57,807 bases of DNA from Hyphomicrobiales bacterium (GTDB lineage: Bacteria > Pseudomonadota > Alphaproteobacteria > Rhizobiales > Aestuariivirgaceae): the NCBI GenBank assembly GCA_031365765.1, contig JANLYR010000303.1, forward strand, positions 1 through 57,807. Reading direction: 5' to 3'. This document shows positions 43,584-53,390 of the stretch, one piece after another. The translations under genes were made by a program, and so were the position numbers. The notes beneath the pieces are model-generated. The model was not told the DNA's origin. It saw only the letters and a list, made by a program, of their open reading frames with translations, and ran no database searches. Every line of letters begins with the position of its first letter. Within the stretch, counting starts at the first letter, position 1.

Positions 43584-43611
43584 CGGGGTGGACTTTGCCC
43601 ACCCCGTTTTT
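43584..43611 (+). terminator. intra-operon hairpin with U-tract after the binding-protein gene
   Basis: CGGGGTGG-ACTTTGC-CCACCCCG-TTTTT. Confidence 0.7.
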
Positions 43612-43626
43612 ACGTTATCGCCGGGC

Positions 43627-44394
43627 ATGGCCGATTTGATCTCGATCCGCGATGTGACCAAGGTATTCGGTACGGGTGCCTCGCGGGTGCATGCCTTCGG
43701 GCCGGTCGATCTCGCCATCGGCGAAGGCCAGTTCGTGTCGCTTCTGGGGCCCTCGGGATGCGGCAAGTCCACCCTGATTCTGATGATCGCCGGCCTCCTG
43801 GAAGTAACCTCCGGCGAAATCCTGCTGAATGGCAGATTGATAAAAAGCCCGCAGACTGGCATCGGCATCATGTTCCAGGACAATACCCTGGTGCCGTGGC
43901 GCGATGTCCGCAGCAACATCGAACTGCAACTCGAATTGCGAAGCCTCCCGCTAAAAGATTACGCGGCACAGATCGACGACCTGCTGCGCTCGGTGCATCT
44001 CGAGGATTTCGCCAACCGCTACCCGCACGAACTGTCAGGCGGCATGCAGCAGCGGGCCGCCTTCTGCCAGGCGATGATCCACAATCCGGAAATCATGCTG
44101 CTCGACGAACCGCTGGGCAAACTCGATGCGATGACGCGCGAGCGCATCCGCTCCGACCTGCAGCATCTGTGGATGCAGCGGCGGCCAACCGTCGTCTTCG
44201 TCACCCACTCGATCGAAGAGGCGGTGCAGCTCTCGACCCATGTCGCGGTCATCACGCCAAGGCCCGGGCAGATCGAGCGCATCATCCCCGTGGGCCTGCC
44301 GTTCCCGCGCGATCTTGAAGTGAAGAACAGCCCGGACTTTATCCGCCACGTTCGCGACATCCAGGAGATCTTCCGTGGCTACGGCGTCATCTAG
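43627..44394 (+). CDS. ABC ATPase (TauB/SsuB type)
   Basis: GPSGCGKST, YPHELSGGMQQR, LLDEPLGKLD, VTHSIEEA. Confidence 0.92.
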   Translation: MADLISIRDVTKVFGTGASRVHAFGPVDLAIGEGQFVSLLGPSGCGKSTLILMIAGLLEVTSGEILLNGRLIKSPQTGIGIMFQDNTLVPWRDVRSNIELQLELRSLPLKDYAAQIDDLLRSVHLEDFANRYPHELSGGMQQRAAFCQAMIHNPEIMLLDEPLGKLDAMTRERIRSDLQHLWMQRRPTVVFVTHSIEEAVQLSTHVAVITPRPGQIERIIPVGLPFPRDLEVKNSPDFIRHVRDIQEIFRGYGVI

Positions 44395-45178
44395 CGGTTC
44401 AGCCCTCGTTCGCCTGGCAAAGCAGTCATGGCTGTTCATCGCCTTCTTCATCGGCTTTTTCCTGTTCTGGGAATACGCGGTCGTCTTCTTCGAAATTCCG
44501 CGCTACATCCTGACGCCACCCTCGGCGGTGGTGCGCAACGGCTGGGCCGACATGCCACGGCTGCTCTACTACACCTACATCACCGGCCTCGAGACCTTGC
44601 TGGGCTATCTGGTCGCGATGGTGATCGCGCTGCCGCTCGGCCTCGCCATCGCCTTTTCTTCGATTCTCAGGCGCACCATTTATCCCTTCTTCGTCTGTCT
44701 CGAAATGACGCCAAAGATCGCTTTCGCGCCGCTGTTCATCTCGTGGCTCGGATTCGGACTGCTGCCCAAGGTGATCATCGTGTTTCTCGTGTGTTTCTTT
44801 CCGATCGTGCTGAACGCCATTCTCGCATTCAATTCGCTGAGCGAGGAACTCACCCGCTTCTCCCGTTCGACCGGAGCCGGCATGTGGCGGACCTTCGTCA
44901 AGGTCCGGCTGCCCGCCGCCATGCCGCAGTGTTTCGTCGGTTTCAAATACGCGGCGATCAACGCCACCGTGGGCGCCGCCATCGCGGAATTCATCGGTTC
45001 CGACCAGGGCCTGGGATTTTACATTCAAATCGTCACCGGCAATATGCGGCCGGACCTCGCTTTCGCAGGCATCTTCTTCCTGACCCTGCTTGGCCTGGCG
45101 CTGTTTGGGGCGGTATCTCTTGCCGAGCGGTTGCTCATACCATGGCACATCTCGATCCGGCGCACGGGGGAGCGATGA
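44375..45178 (+). CDS. ABC permease (TauC/SsuC type)
   Basis: PKIAFAPLF, FFPIV, VRLPAAMP, AEFIGSDQGLG. Confidence 0.9.
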   Translation: MATASSSGSALVRLAKQSWLFIAFFIGFFLFWEYAVVFFEIPRYILTPPSAVVRNGWADMPRLLYYTYITGLETLLGYLVAMVIALPLGLAIAFSSILRRTIYPFFVCLEMTPKIAFAPLFISWLGFGLLPKVIIVFLVCFFPIVLNAILAFNSLSEELTRFSRSTGAGMWRTFVKVRLPAAMPQCFVGFKYAAINATVGAAIAEFIGSDQGLGFYIQIVTGNMRPDLAFAGIFFLTLLGLALFGAVSLAERLLIPWHISIRRTGER

Positions 45179-46098
45179 GAATACTGGTCGCATTGCCGCT
45201 CGAACCGTCGCAGCTTTCGCGGCTTCACCGCAGCACCGGCGGCGAATCATGCTACCATCCGGCCCTTGATGAAGGGGCACGCCTCGCCATTCGGGACTGC
45301 GAGGTAGCCTTTGGCAATCCTCCGGCAGGCTGGCTCGCGCAAGCGCCGATGCTGCGCTGGGTGCAACTCGAGTCGGTTGGTTTTGGCGAGTATGCTTCCC
45401 TTGATTGGAACACCCTGGGCAGGACTCTGCGCATCTCCAATCTCAAGGGCTTCTTCGCCGAACCCGTTGCCGAGTCGATCATCGCCGGAATTCTTGCACA
45501 CTATCGCGGCATGGACCGGCTGGCGCGACTGCGGGCTGATGGTGAATGGAAGGGCGACGCTCTGCGGCCGAAGCTCAGGACACTCAGCGGTGCATCCGTG
45601 GTGCTGTTCGGTTACGGCGACATCAACCGCCGGGTCGAGGAGCTGTTGTCGCCTTTCGATTGTTCGGTGACCCATTTCCGCAGCGATTGGGTCCTGCCCG
45701 CGCTTGAGCAGGCCCTGGGCACGGCCGATGTCGTTGTCTGCGTTGCACCCCATACCTCGGCGACCCACGGCCTGTTCGATCGGGACCTTCTGGCGAAACT
45801 GAAACGCGGCGCACTGTTCGTGAACTTCGGCCGAGGCTCCCTCATCGATGAAATGGCGCTGGCCGACGCGCTCGATATGGGTACGCTTGGCGGCGCGGTG
45901 ATCGACGTGACGGAGGACGAACCCCTGCCGGCCAGCCACCGCTTCTGGCGCTGCCGCAATATGCTGTTGACCCAGCACACCGGTGGCGGCACCGGGGATG
46001 AGATCGATCGCAAGATCGACGTGTTCCTGGCCAATCTTGAGCGCTACCGTCGGGGCGAAGCGCCGCTCGGCCTTGTCGACTTCCAAAAAGGATACTGA
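45175..46098 (+). CDS. D-2-hydroxyacid dehydrogenase family protein
   Basis: LRWVQLESVG, FGYGDI, NFGRG, DVTEDEPLP, TQHTGG. ATG 45175 overlaps the permease stop. Confidence 0.88.
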   Translation: MRILVALPLEPSQLSRLHRSTGGESCYHPALDEGARLAIRDCEVAFGNPPAGWLAQAPMLRWVQLESVGFGEYASLDWNTLGRTLRISNLKGFFAEPVAESIIAGILAHYRGMDRLARLRADGEWKGDALRPKLRTLSGASVVLFGYGDINRRVEELLSPFDCSVTHFRSDWVLPALEQALGTADVVVCVAPHTSATHGLFDRDLLAKLKRGALFVNFGRGSLIDEMALADALDMGTLGGAVIDVTEDEPLPASHRFWRCRNMLLTQHTGGGTGDEIDRKIDVFLANLERYRRGEAPLGLVDFQKGY

Positions 46099-47297
46099 TG
46101 CCGAACATCGCCAATGTCCGCTGCCTGCTGCTGAGTTCGCCTTACGCCGACGCCGACGACCCCGAGATCAAGGAATGCTTCCCCAACGGCCCGAAGCGCA
46201 CCATCGGCATGGTGGAAGTGACGCTCGACAATGGCGTGACCGGGCTCGGCGAAGGTTATCTCGCGGTTTTCGCGCCGCTGGTGTTCAAGTCGATCGTCGA
46301 ACTTTGCGCGCCGCAGGTGATGGGCAAGGACGGCTACGACATCGCCCGCCGGGTGAAGGACCTGCGCAGCCTGTGCGATTACTGGTCGCTGCAGGGGGCG
46401 GCCCGCCATGTGATCAGCGCCTTCGAGATCGCGCTCCAGGACGCCAAGGGCAAGAGTCTGGGCATCCCGGTCTACGATCTCCTCGGCGGCGCCAAAAGCT
46501 CCAGCATCGCAATCTACGGCAGCGGCGGGTGTTGCGACGCCAAGCACCAGTTCATCCGCGAACTCGATCTGCTGCAGGCCAAGGGCATCACCCTCTACAA
46601 AATCCGGGCGGTGAAGAACGACATCCATCGCACCGCGTGGATTCTCGACGAAGCCGCCAGGCGAGGCATCGCGGTCGGCATCGATATGTGCCAGAACCTG
46701 GCCGACCCGCCGCAGGCGGTGGACGACGTCGTTGAATTTGCAAGTGCGGTGCGGGAGTTGTCCAGCGAGCCCATCCTGTTTCTCGAGGAGGCCATCGGAC
46801 CCGATGCGCCGGAGGGGTTCAAGGAATTGCGGCGGCGGATCGACATTCCAATCTATGGCGGCGAGATCATCACCACGCCGAAGGAGATGATCACCCGCAT
46901 GCGCGATGGCGTCTATGCCGCCGTCCAGCCTGATGCCTCGGTCATGGGTGGCATTTCGGCGGTGATGGACGTCTTTGCCGCAGGCCCCGAAACCGGCACG
47001 CGCGTGGTGGTGCATGCCTGGGGCGGAGCCGCGGCGATCATGGCGAGCTACCACGCGGCCTTTGCGGCGGGCGGCGACCTGGTCGAATATCCGATGCTCG
47101 ATTTCCCGCTCGGCGCCGAAATGATCGGCGATCGGGCAAGGATTGCCGATGGACGGCTGCTGAGGCCCATGGCGCCCGGCATCGGCGTCACGCTGACACC
47201 CGAAATGGAGCAGCGTTATCCCTTCGATCCCAGCGCCGTCTACAGTTGCGCCCTCATCGATTTCGGCCCGCCGCCCGATTCCTATTGGAGGTCGTAG
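46098..47297 (+). CDS. enolase-superfamily (mandelate racemase-like) dehydratase or racemase
   Basis: ISAFEIALQDAKGK..PVYDLLGG; metal ligands in GID, LEE, GGE; QPD; VHAWG. Confidence 0.88.
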   Translation: MPNIANVRCLLLSSPYADADDPEIKECFPNGPKRTIGMVEVTLDNGVTGLGEGYLAVFAPLVFKSIVELCAPQVMGKDGYDIARRVKDLRSLCDYWSLQGAARHVISAFEIALQDAKGKSLGIPVYDLLGGAKSSSIAIYGSGGCCDAKHQFIRELDLLQAKGITLYKIRAVKNDIHRTAWILDEAARRGIAVGIDMCQNLADPPQAVDDVVEFASAVRELSSEPILFLEEAIGPDAPEGFKELRRRIDIPIYGGEIITTPKEMITRMRDGVYAAVQPDASVMGGISAVMDVFAAGPETGTRVVVHAWGGAAAIMASYHAAFAAGGDLVEYPMLDFPLGAEMIGDRARIADGRLLRPMAPGIGVTLTPEMEQRYPFDPSAVYSCALIDFGPPPDSYWRS

Positions 47298-47318
47298 AAC
47301 GGTTCCTCTCCCCTATTT

Positions 47319-47343
47319 CGTCATTCCCGCGAAGGCGGTAACC
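47319..47343. repeat. single CGTC-type REP between convergent operons
   Basis: CGTCATTCCCGCGAAGGCGGTAACC resembles the 5' half of the doublets at 28908 and 35026. Confidence 0.7.
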
Positions 47344-47355
47344 ATGAGGGGGCGG

Positions 47356-48792
47356 TCACACCCTGATCGCAACATTTTTGATCTGCAGATAGTTGCGGAT
47401 GCCGGCGAGGCCGCGTTCCCGGCCGATGCCGCTGTCCTTCATGCCGCCGGTCGGCGCCTGGACGCCGCCCATCCACCAGCCGTTGATCCACACCGAGCCG
47501 TGTGCGAGCCTGCGTGACAGCGCCATGGCGCGGCCGATGTCGCGGGTGTAGACGCCCGCCACCAGGCCGAAACCCAGGCCATTGGCGATGCTCACGGCAT
47601 GATCCTCGCCGTCGATGTCGATGGCGACGCCCACGGGGCCGAAGATTTCCTCGCGTGCGATCACCATGTCCGGACCGACACGATCGAAGATGGCGGGCTC
47701 GACGAAGTAGCCGCGATTGAGATGCGCTGGGCGGCCGCCTCCTTGCCGCAAGCGTGCGCCGGCTGCGGTGCCGCCGGCAATATAAGCCTTCACCCGCGCG
47801 TGCTGCTCGGCCGACACCAGGGGACCGATGTCGTGGTTGTCGATGCCGGGACCGATGGTGAGGGCCCTGGCCTTGTTCATCAGCCGCTCGATGAACTCGT
47901 CGCGGATCTCCGGTGCCAGCAGGTATCTTGACGAAGACGAACACACCTGGCCGCAATTCTCGAAGGAGGCCATGGCGGCATCGTTGACAGCGCGGTCGAG
48001 GTCAGCGTCGGCAAAAACGATCATCGGATTCTTGCCGCCGAGTTCGAGCACCACCGGCTTGATGCCCTGGGCAGCGCCTGCCATCACCTTGCGGCCGGTC
48101 TCGACCGACCCGGTAAAGGTGATGCCGCGCACCAGCGGATGGCGGACCAGGGCCTCGCCCGCCTCTTCGCCAAGGCCCGTGACAATGTTGATGACGCCCG
48201 GCGGAAATCCCGCTTTTTCGATATGCTCGGCAAAGGCGAGCGCCGAAAGCGGCGATTGTTCGGCCGGTTTGAGAACAGAAGTGCAGCCAGCGGCGAGTGC
48301 GGGAGCGAGCGACCGCATGGCCATGCCCAGCGGAAAATTCCACGGCACGATATGGGCGGTGACGCCCAGCGGTTCGAGAATGGTGAAATCGATGAAGGAC
48401 GGCCCCAGGGGAATGGTGCTGCCTTCCATCTTGTCGGCTGCACCCGCGTTGTAGCGGAGCGTCGCCACCACCCCGTCGATGTCGCCCAGCGAATCCTTGA
48501 GCGGCTTTCCCACATCGAGCGTCTCGATCCGCGCCAGCCGTTCCCTGTCGGCGCTGATAAGGTCGGCGAGCCGGAACATCAGTTGGCCCCGCTCGGCGGG
48601 TGCAAGCTGCGCCCACTCGCCAGCCATCGCCCGGTGCGCCGCCTGAACCGCATTGTCCACGTCGGCGGCGGCCGACCGCGCAAAGCGGGCGATCGGTTCC
48701 TCTGTGGCGGGATCGATGGTGTCCAGGTATGCGTTGGCGGAAGGCTCGACCCAGGCGTTGGCGATGAAGTTCCGGCAAGTCTCTTTAGCCAC
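47356..48792 (-). CDS. NAD(P)-dependent aldehyde dehydrogenase
   Basis: PWNFP, KPAE, FTGS, LELGGK, GQVCSS, EEIFGP. Confidence 0.93.
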   Translation of the reverse strand: MAKETCRNFIANAWVEPSANAYLDTIDPATEEPIARFARSAAADVDNAVQAAHRAMAGEWAQLAPAERGQLMFRLADLISADRERLARIETLDVGKPLKDSLGDIDGVVATLRYNAGAADKMEGSTIPLGPSFIDFTILEPLGVTAHIVPWNFPLGMAMRSLAPALAAGCTSVLKPAEQSPLSALAFAEHIEKAGFPPGVINIVTGLGEEAGEALVRHPLVRGITFTGSVETGRKVMAGAAQGIKPVVLELGGKNPMIVFADADLDRAVNDAAMASFENCGQVCSSSSRYLLAPEIRDEFIERLMNKARALTIGPGIDNHDIGPLVSAEQHARVKAYIAGGTAAGARLRQGGGRPAHLNRGYFVEPAIFDRVGPDMVIAREEIFGPVGVAIDIDGEDHAVSIANGLGFGLVAGVYTRDIGRAMALSRRLAHGSVWINGWWMGGVQAPTGGMKDSGIGRERGLAGIRNYLQIKNVAIRV

Positions 48793-49651
48793 GTATTGCT
48801 CCGCTGGAGATGCCCTGAATGAAGTAGCGCTGAAGGATGAGGAAGATCAGCACGCTCGGCACGCTCAGGATGGTGACGCCCGCCATCGACAGTGCATAGC
48901 CTTCGAGCTGCGTCGCTGTGCCATAGAGTGGCGTGAAAGCGGCGATGCCCACGGGCAACGTCTTCATGTCGTCCTCGAACACCGCCAGCAGCGGCCACAA
49001 GAAGTTGTTCCAGTTGAGAACGAAGATGATGACGGTGGCGGCGATCAGAGGCGCCCTGGCCAGCGGCATCGCGATCTTCCAGAAGATGAGGCCGTGGCCC
49101 GCGCCATCGATGCGCGCGGCGTCTTCCAGGTCGCGCGGAAAGTTCAGGAAGAACTGGCGGAAGATGAGGACGCTGAACACATTGCCGATCGATGGCAGGA
49201 TGAGCGCCTGATAGGTGTTGGCCCACCCCACCTTGATGATGCCGAGCAGCAAGGGGATGGCATAGACCTCGATCGGCACCATCAGCGAGGCGATGTAGAG
49301 GAAGAACAACAGCCTCTTGCCCGGAAAACTGAGTCGCGCCAGCGCGTATCCAGCCAGCGCTCCCGAAAGCACGCAGAGGAAGGTGCTGGTGAACACCACG
49401 ATGACGCTGTTGAGCGTCCAGCGCCAGACATTGTATTTGGTGAAAATGGTGATGTAATTCTGCAACGTGACCCGTCGCGGAAGCCATTCGATATCGGCGG
49501 TCATGACGTCGGCCGGATACTTGAACGAGGTGGAGATCATCCACACGAAAGGCATGACCCAGAGCGCCGCGATCGCCAGGCCGAACAGCCAGATCGGCAC
49601 ATCCGAGGGCCGCATGTTGTAGGATTTGAGAACCCTCCGCAGCGAGGTCAC
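48785..49651 (-). CDS. carbohydrate ABC permease (MalG type)
   Basis: LNSV, AGYALARLSFPG, LEDAARIDGA, WNNFLWP. GTG 49651 overlaps the upstream stop. Confidence 0.9.
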   Translation of the reverse strand: MTSLRRVLKSYNMRPSDVPIWLFGLAIAALWVMPFVWMISTSFKYPADVMTADIEWLPRRVTLQNYITIFTKYNVWRWTLNSVIVVFTSTFLCVLSGALAGYALARLSFPGKRLLFFLYIASLMVPIEVYAIPLLLGIIKVGWANTYQALILPSIGNVFSVLIFRQFFLNFPRDLEDAARIDGAGHGLIFWKIAMPLARAPLIAATVIIFVLNWNNFLWPLLAVFEDDMKTLPVGIAAFTPLYGTATQLEGYALSMAGVTILSVPSVLIFLILQRYFIQGISSGAIRG

Positions 49652-50541
49652 CGGGGCTGCTCCTGGACCAGCTTGCGGCTCAGCAAGGTGACGGCGAGGA
49701 TCACCGCGAACAGCAGCACCGACATGGCGGCGCCCAGGCCGAATTTCTGGTTTCTGATGGCCACGGTGTAGATCTCGAACAGCACCGACGTGGACGACGA
49801 GGCGGGGCCGCCCGACGTCATGACATAGACCTGGCTGAAGATGCGCAGAGTCGAGATCAATTGCAGTGTGATGACCATGGTGAGCACCGGCTTCAGCATG
49901 GGGAACGTCACATAGCGGAAGCGCTGCCAGCGCGTGGCGCCGTCCACCTCCCCGGCATCGTAAAGATCGCCCGGAATGTCCTGCAACGCCGCTAGAATGA
50001 GAACGAAGGCGAGCCCCATGTCCCACCAGATCGACGTGAGGCTGACGCCATAAAGCGACCAGCGGGTGCTGGTCAGCCAGGGAATATCATCGATTCCGAC
50101 ATAGGACAGATAGTGGTTGATCAGGCCGAACTGGGTATCGAGCAGCCACACCCAGACCAGCCCGATGACCGTCGCCGAAACCACATAGGGCGCGAAAAAG
50201 CAGACGCGCGCGAAGGATGAAAGCGGCCATCTGTTGTGCACGTAAAGTGCCGCAAGCAGGCCGCAGACAAGCACTCCGGGCACGATCACCAGGCCATACA
50301 TCAGGATGTTCACGAAAGCGATCCTGACCTGGTCGTTGTTTAGCGCGTCGCGAAAGTTAGACAGTCCGACAAAACGCGGCGGGCCGAAAATGCCCCACTT
50401 CATGACCGACAGATAGGCGGAGAAGAAGATCGGCGCGATATTGAAGATGAAGAACGGCACGGTAAACAACGCCACGAAAGCGTAAGCCACCCAATCGGTA
50501 GGTGCCTTGAGGTCGCGGCGGCTATCGAATGCTCTCGCCAT
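49648..50541 (-). CDS. carbohydrate ABC permease (MalF type)
   Basis: FVGLSNF, FFAPYV, GLIN, AALQDIP..LYDAGEVDGA, GGP. Start taken at ATG 50541. Confidence 0.9.
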   Translation of the reverse strand: MARAFDSRRDLKAPTDWVAYAFVALFTVPFFIFNIAPIFFSAYLSVMKWGIFGPPRFVGLSNFRDALNNDQVRIAFVNILMYGLVIVPGVLVCGLLAALYVHNRWPLSSFARVCFFAPYVVSATVIGLVWVWLLDTQFGLINHYLSYVGIDDIPWLTSTRWSLYGVSLTSIWWDMGLAFVLILAALQDIPGDLYDAGEVDGATRWQRFRYVTFPMLKPVLTMVITLQLISTLRIFSQVYVMTSGGPASSSTSVLFEIYTVAIRNQKFGLGAAMSVLLFAVILAVTLLSRKLVQEQPR

Positions 50542-50639
50542 GCCAATGCGGAGACCTCCAAACTCTCCATAGTGCCGCCAACCGCCCGCGACGAAGTTGA
50601 GGATTTCGGCCAATGAAATGACCGATGGCGGAGAAGATT

Positions 50640-50663
50640 GGCCCATCCCTTGCGGGATGGGCC
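50640..50663 (-). other. perfect 10-bp hairpin with a GCAA tetraloop downstream of the sugar-binding-protein gene
   Basis: Minus strand GGCCCATCCC-GCAA-GGGATGGGCC; no U-tract, so more likely an mRNA stabiliser than a terminator. Confidence 0.65.
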
Positions 50664-50685
50664 CTGCATTCTCTAGCGGCGGCGA

Positions 50686-52005
50686 TCAGCCCTCTTCAAG
50701 CGCCTTTTGCCAGCCTTCCTGCAGCTTCGCCATGGCTTGGTCCGGAGTGGCTTGGCCGGCCCATACCATTTCCAGCGTCTTGGCGAGGAAGTTGCCGCCC
50801 GAATAGATGTTGAAGTCGGCGCCGTTGATGATCGGGAAGTCGGCGATGGCGGTGGCATATTCCATGCCCTCGACGAAGGCGCCACGCACATCCCAGGGCG
50901 CGCCCGCGGTCTTGTAGTCGTCGCGCGAGATGATCGACTTACGCGGGCTGGCGCCGCGGCCCTTGGTGCACCACAGGAAACTGTTGTCGGACAGCCATTT
51001 GACGGCATCCATGGTGGCTTGGTGGCGGGCCGGATCCTTCTGGGTGTAGAGTTCAAGCGCGCCCCGCTCGAAATAGGTGACGCGCTTTTCGCCGATCTTC
51101 GGGAAGTGCCTAGTCACGAAAGGCAGTTTCTGCTCCAGATAGCCGTTGAGGGTCCACGGCCCCGTCCAGAAGATCGAGCCTTGGCCGCTGCCAAAGGCCT
51201 TGTAGCGGTCGGTCACGTCACGGGTCGAGACCTTGTGCTTGTCGAACAGGTCCAGCACCCATTGCATGGCGGCCTTGCCGGCGTCGGGGTTGACGCAGAC
51301 GCTCTTGAAGTCGTCACTGATGCGCTGGAAGCCCATCTGCTCGGCGACAATGCCCCAGGTGACGGTCGGCTGCACGCCGGAGCCGGTCATCATGATGCCG
51401 GAGCGCACCACCTTGTCGCCTTCCATCTTGGTCATGGCCTTGGCCCATTCGATCAGCTTGGCACCGTCATCGGCCGGCCAATCCTCGATTTTGAGGCCGG
51501 CCTCGGCGACATGCGCCGTGTTGATCTCGGGCTGGATCGACATCAGGTCGAGCGGCACCTGGAACAACTCGTCGCCGCCATAATTGGGGAATTTGGATTT
51601 GCTGATCGAGAACTCCGAGAAGTCGGCGACATCCAGCCCTGATGCCTTGGCCAGATCATTGAGCGGCACCAGCAATCCATCGCGCACAAAGGCGGGTCGC
51701 GGATCGGTGTTCCAGCCGAAATCCGGGGCCGCCCCTGCGGCGGCGGCCGCCAACACCTTGGTTGTGTAGTCGTCCCAGTTGATGACTTCCATCTTGATCG
51801 AAACGCCCTTGTCCTTGTGGGCGTCATTGAAACCCTTGATCATCTGGGCCCAGACTTCGCCGTCCGACGCGGCAAGCGGGCTCCAGTGGATGATTTCGGT
51901 TGCCGCCGATGCGGTGCGGACAAATGGCATGGGAAAGGCGCCGGCGAGTGCTGCGGTGCCGGCGGTCTTCATCAGGCTCCGGCGGGTCCATCCAGTTTTG
52001 ATCAT
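50686..52005 (-). CDS. Tat-exported extracellular solute-binding protein (family 1)
   Basis: TRRSLMK Tat motif; AAGAAPD, TGPW; AAGGAGG before ATG 52005. Confidence 0.9.
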   Translation of the reverse strand: MIKTGWTRRSLMKTAGTAALAGAFPMPFVRTASAATEIIHWSPLAASDGEVWAQMIKGFNDAHKDKGVSIKMEVINWDDYTTKVLAAAAAGAAPDFGWNTDPRPAFVRDGLLVPLNDLAKASGLDVADFSEFSISKSKFPNYGGDELFQVPLDLMSIQPEINTAHVAEAGLKIEDWPADDGAKLIEWAKAMTKMEGDKVVRSGIMMTGSGVQPTVTWGIVAEQMGFQRISDDFKSVCVNPDAGKAAMQWVLDLFDKHKVSTRDVTDRYKAFGSGQGSIFWTGPWTLNGYLEQKLPFVTRHFPKIGEKRVTYFERGALELYTQKDPARHQATMDAVKWLSDNSFLWCTKGRGASPRKSIISRDDYKTAGAPWDVRGAFVEGMEYATAIADFPIINGADFNIYSGGNFLAKTLEMVWAGQATPDQAMAKLQEGWQKALEEG

Positions 52006-52226
52006 GATATCCTCCTTGCGTTTCATTTTGTCCCGCGCTGGCGGGCGGCTGACGGCGGGTGGGCATCTCGCGGGCCCTTGCCGGCCTCATGAACTCATGT
52101 TCCAATTAAAACGCGGACGGGTGGTTATCCGGAATAGTCATGAACTTGACCGTTTCGGCCAAGACGTGAAAGGCGGGCAAGCGCTAGTCTTCTCAGCTAG
52201 CAAGCCCCGCCAATCGAGGTTGAACG

Positions 52227-53309
52227 ATGTCCGACATCCGGATTTCCAATGTCAGCAAGTCCTTTGGGCCGGTCGCCGTTCTGAGAGAAGTAAGCATCGA
52301 CATCGCCGATGGCGAGTTTCTGGTGCTGGTCGGCCCCTCGGGCTGCGGCAAGTCGACCTTGCTCCGCCTCGTGTCCGGTCTGGAGCAGATCAGCAGTGGC
52401 GAGATCTTCATCGGTGGAAAGGAAGTCACCGATCTGCCGGCGAAGTCGAGGGACATCGCCATGGTGTTCCAGAGCTACGCTCTCTACCCGCATATGACGG
52501 TCGCCGAGAATATGGGGTTCTCCCTAAAGCTGAGGGGCGAGACGCGGGCCACCATTAACGAGCGCGTCAAGAAGGCCGCGGCCATACTGGGCCTCGAGGA
52601 CTATCTGCAACGCAAGCCCGCAGCACTCTCCGGCGGCCAGCGCCAGCGCGTGGCGATGGGGCGCGCCATCGTGCGCGATCCAAAGGTGTTCCTGTTCGAC
52701 GAGCCACTGTCCAACCTCGACGCCAAATTGCGCGTGGCCATGCGCGGAGAAATAAAGGCGCTGCACCAGCGGCTCAAGACCACCGTAGTCTATGTTACCC
52801 ATGACCAGGTAGAGGCGATGACCATGGCGGACCGCATCGTGGTCATGCGCAGCGGCATCATCGAACAGATCGGGGCGCCTCTCGAACTGTTCGATCGGCC
52901 TGTCAACACCTTCGTCGCGCAGTTCATCGGCTCGCCCGCCATGAACCTGCTTGGTGGCCGGGTCACGCAAGGAAAGGAGTCGCCCGTTTTGCTACTCGAC
53001 GCGGGTTGCAGCCTGCCTCTGGCCCCCTCCTGCACCGCACTTGAGGGAAGGCGTGTGACGGTCGGTGTCCGCCCCGAGCACTTCGAAATCGGCCAGCCGG
53101 GAATATCCATCACCGCAACGGTGGATGTGGTCGAGCCCCTGGGATCATCGACCCAGCTTGCCCTTTCGGCGATGGGGCAGTCATTCACCGCCATTTTCAA
53201 CGACAGGCTGTCCTGCAAGGCGGGGGAGACCATTGGCCTCGTTCCGCGTCATGGCCACCTTCACCTGTTCGATGCCGAGACGGGGCAGCGCATCACCCTG
53301 CATGAGTGA
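52227..53309 (+). CDS. sugar ABC ATPase (MalK/UgpC type)
   Basis: GPSGCGKST, VFQSYALYPHM, LSGGQRQR, DEPLSNLDAKLR, VTHDQ; C-terminal TOBE domain. Confidence 0.94.
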   Translation: MSDIRISNVSKSFGPVAVLREVSIDIADGEFLVLVGPSGCGKSTLLRLVSGLEQISSGEIFIGGKEVTDLPAKSRDIAMVFQSYALYPHMTVAENMGFSLKLRGETRATINERVKKAAAILGLEDYLQRKPAALSGGQRQRVAMGRAIVRDPKVFLFDEPLSNLDAKLRVAMRGEIKALHQRLKTTVVYVTHDQVEAMTMADRIVVMRSGIIEQIGAPLELFDRPVNTFVAQFIGSPAMNLLGGRVTQGKESPVLLLDAGCSLPLAPSCTALEGRRVTVGVRPEHFEIGQPGISITATVDVVEPLGSSTQLALSAMGQSFTAIFNDRLSCKAGETIGLVPRHGHLHLFDAETGQRITLHE

Positions 53310-53390
53310 TCAAGTTGCTGGCAGGAATCGTCAACTCGCCTTTTCGATCATCAGCGATGATCGCCTATCAAGGCAAGGCGAGGCTCGATC

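Noticed and set aside
52087-52146. TCATGAACT direct repeat in the divergent sugar-ABC promoter, and AGTTGCAG repeat at 41471/41495
   Set aside because: Short, not shared between the island's promoters, and compatible with chance.
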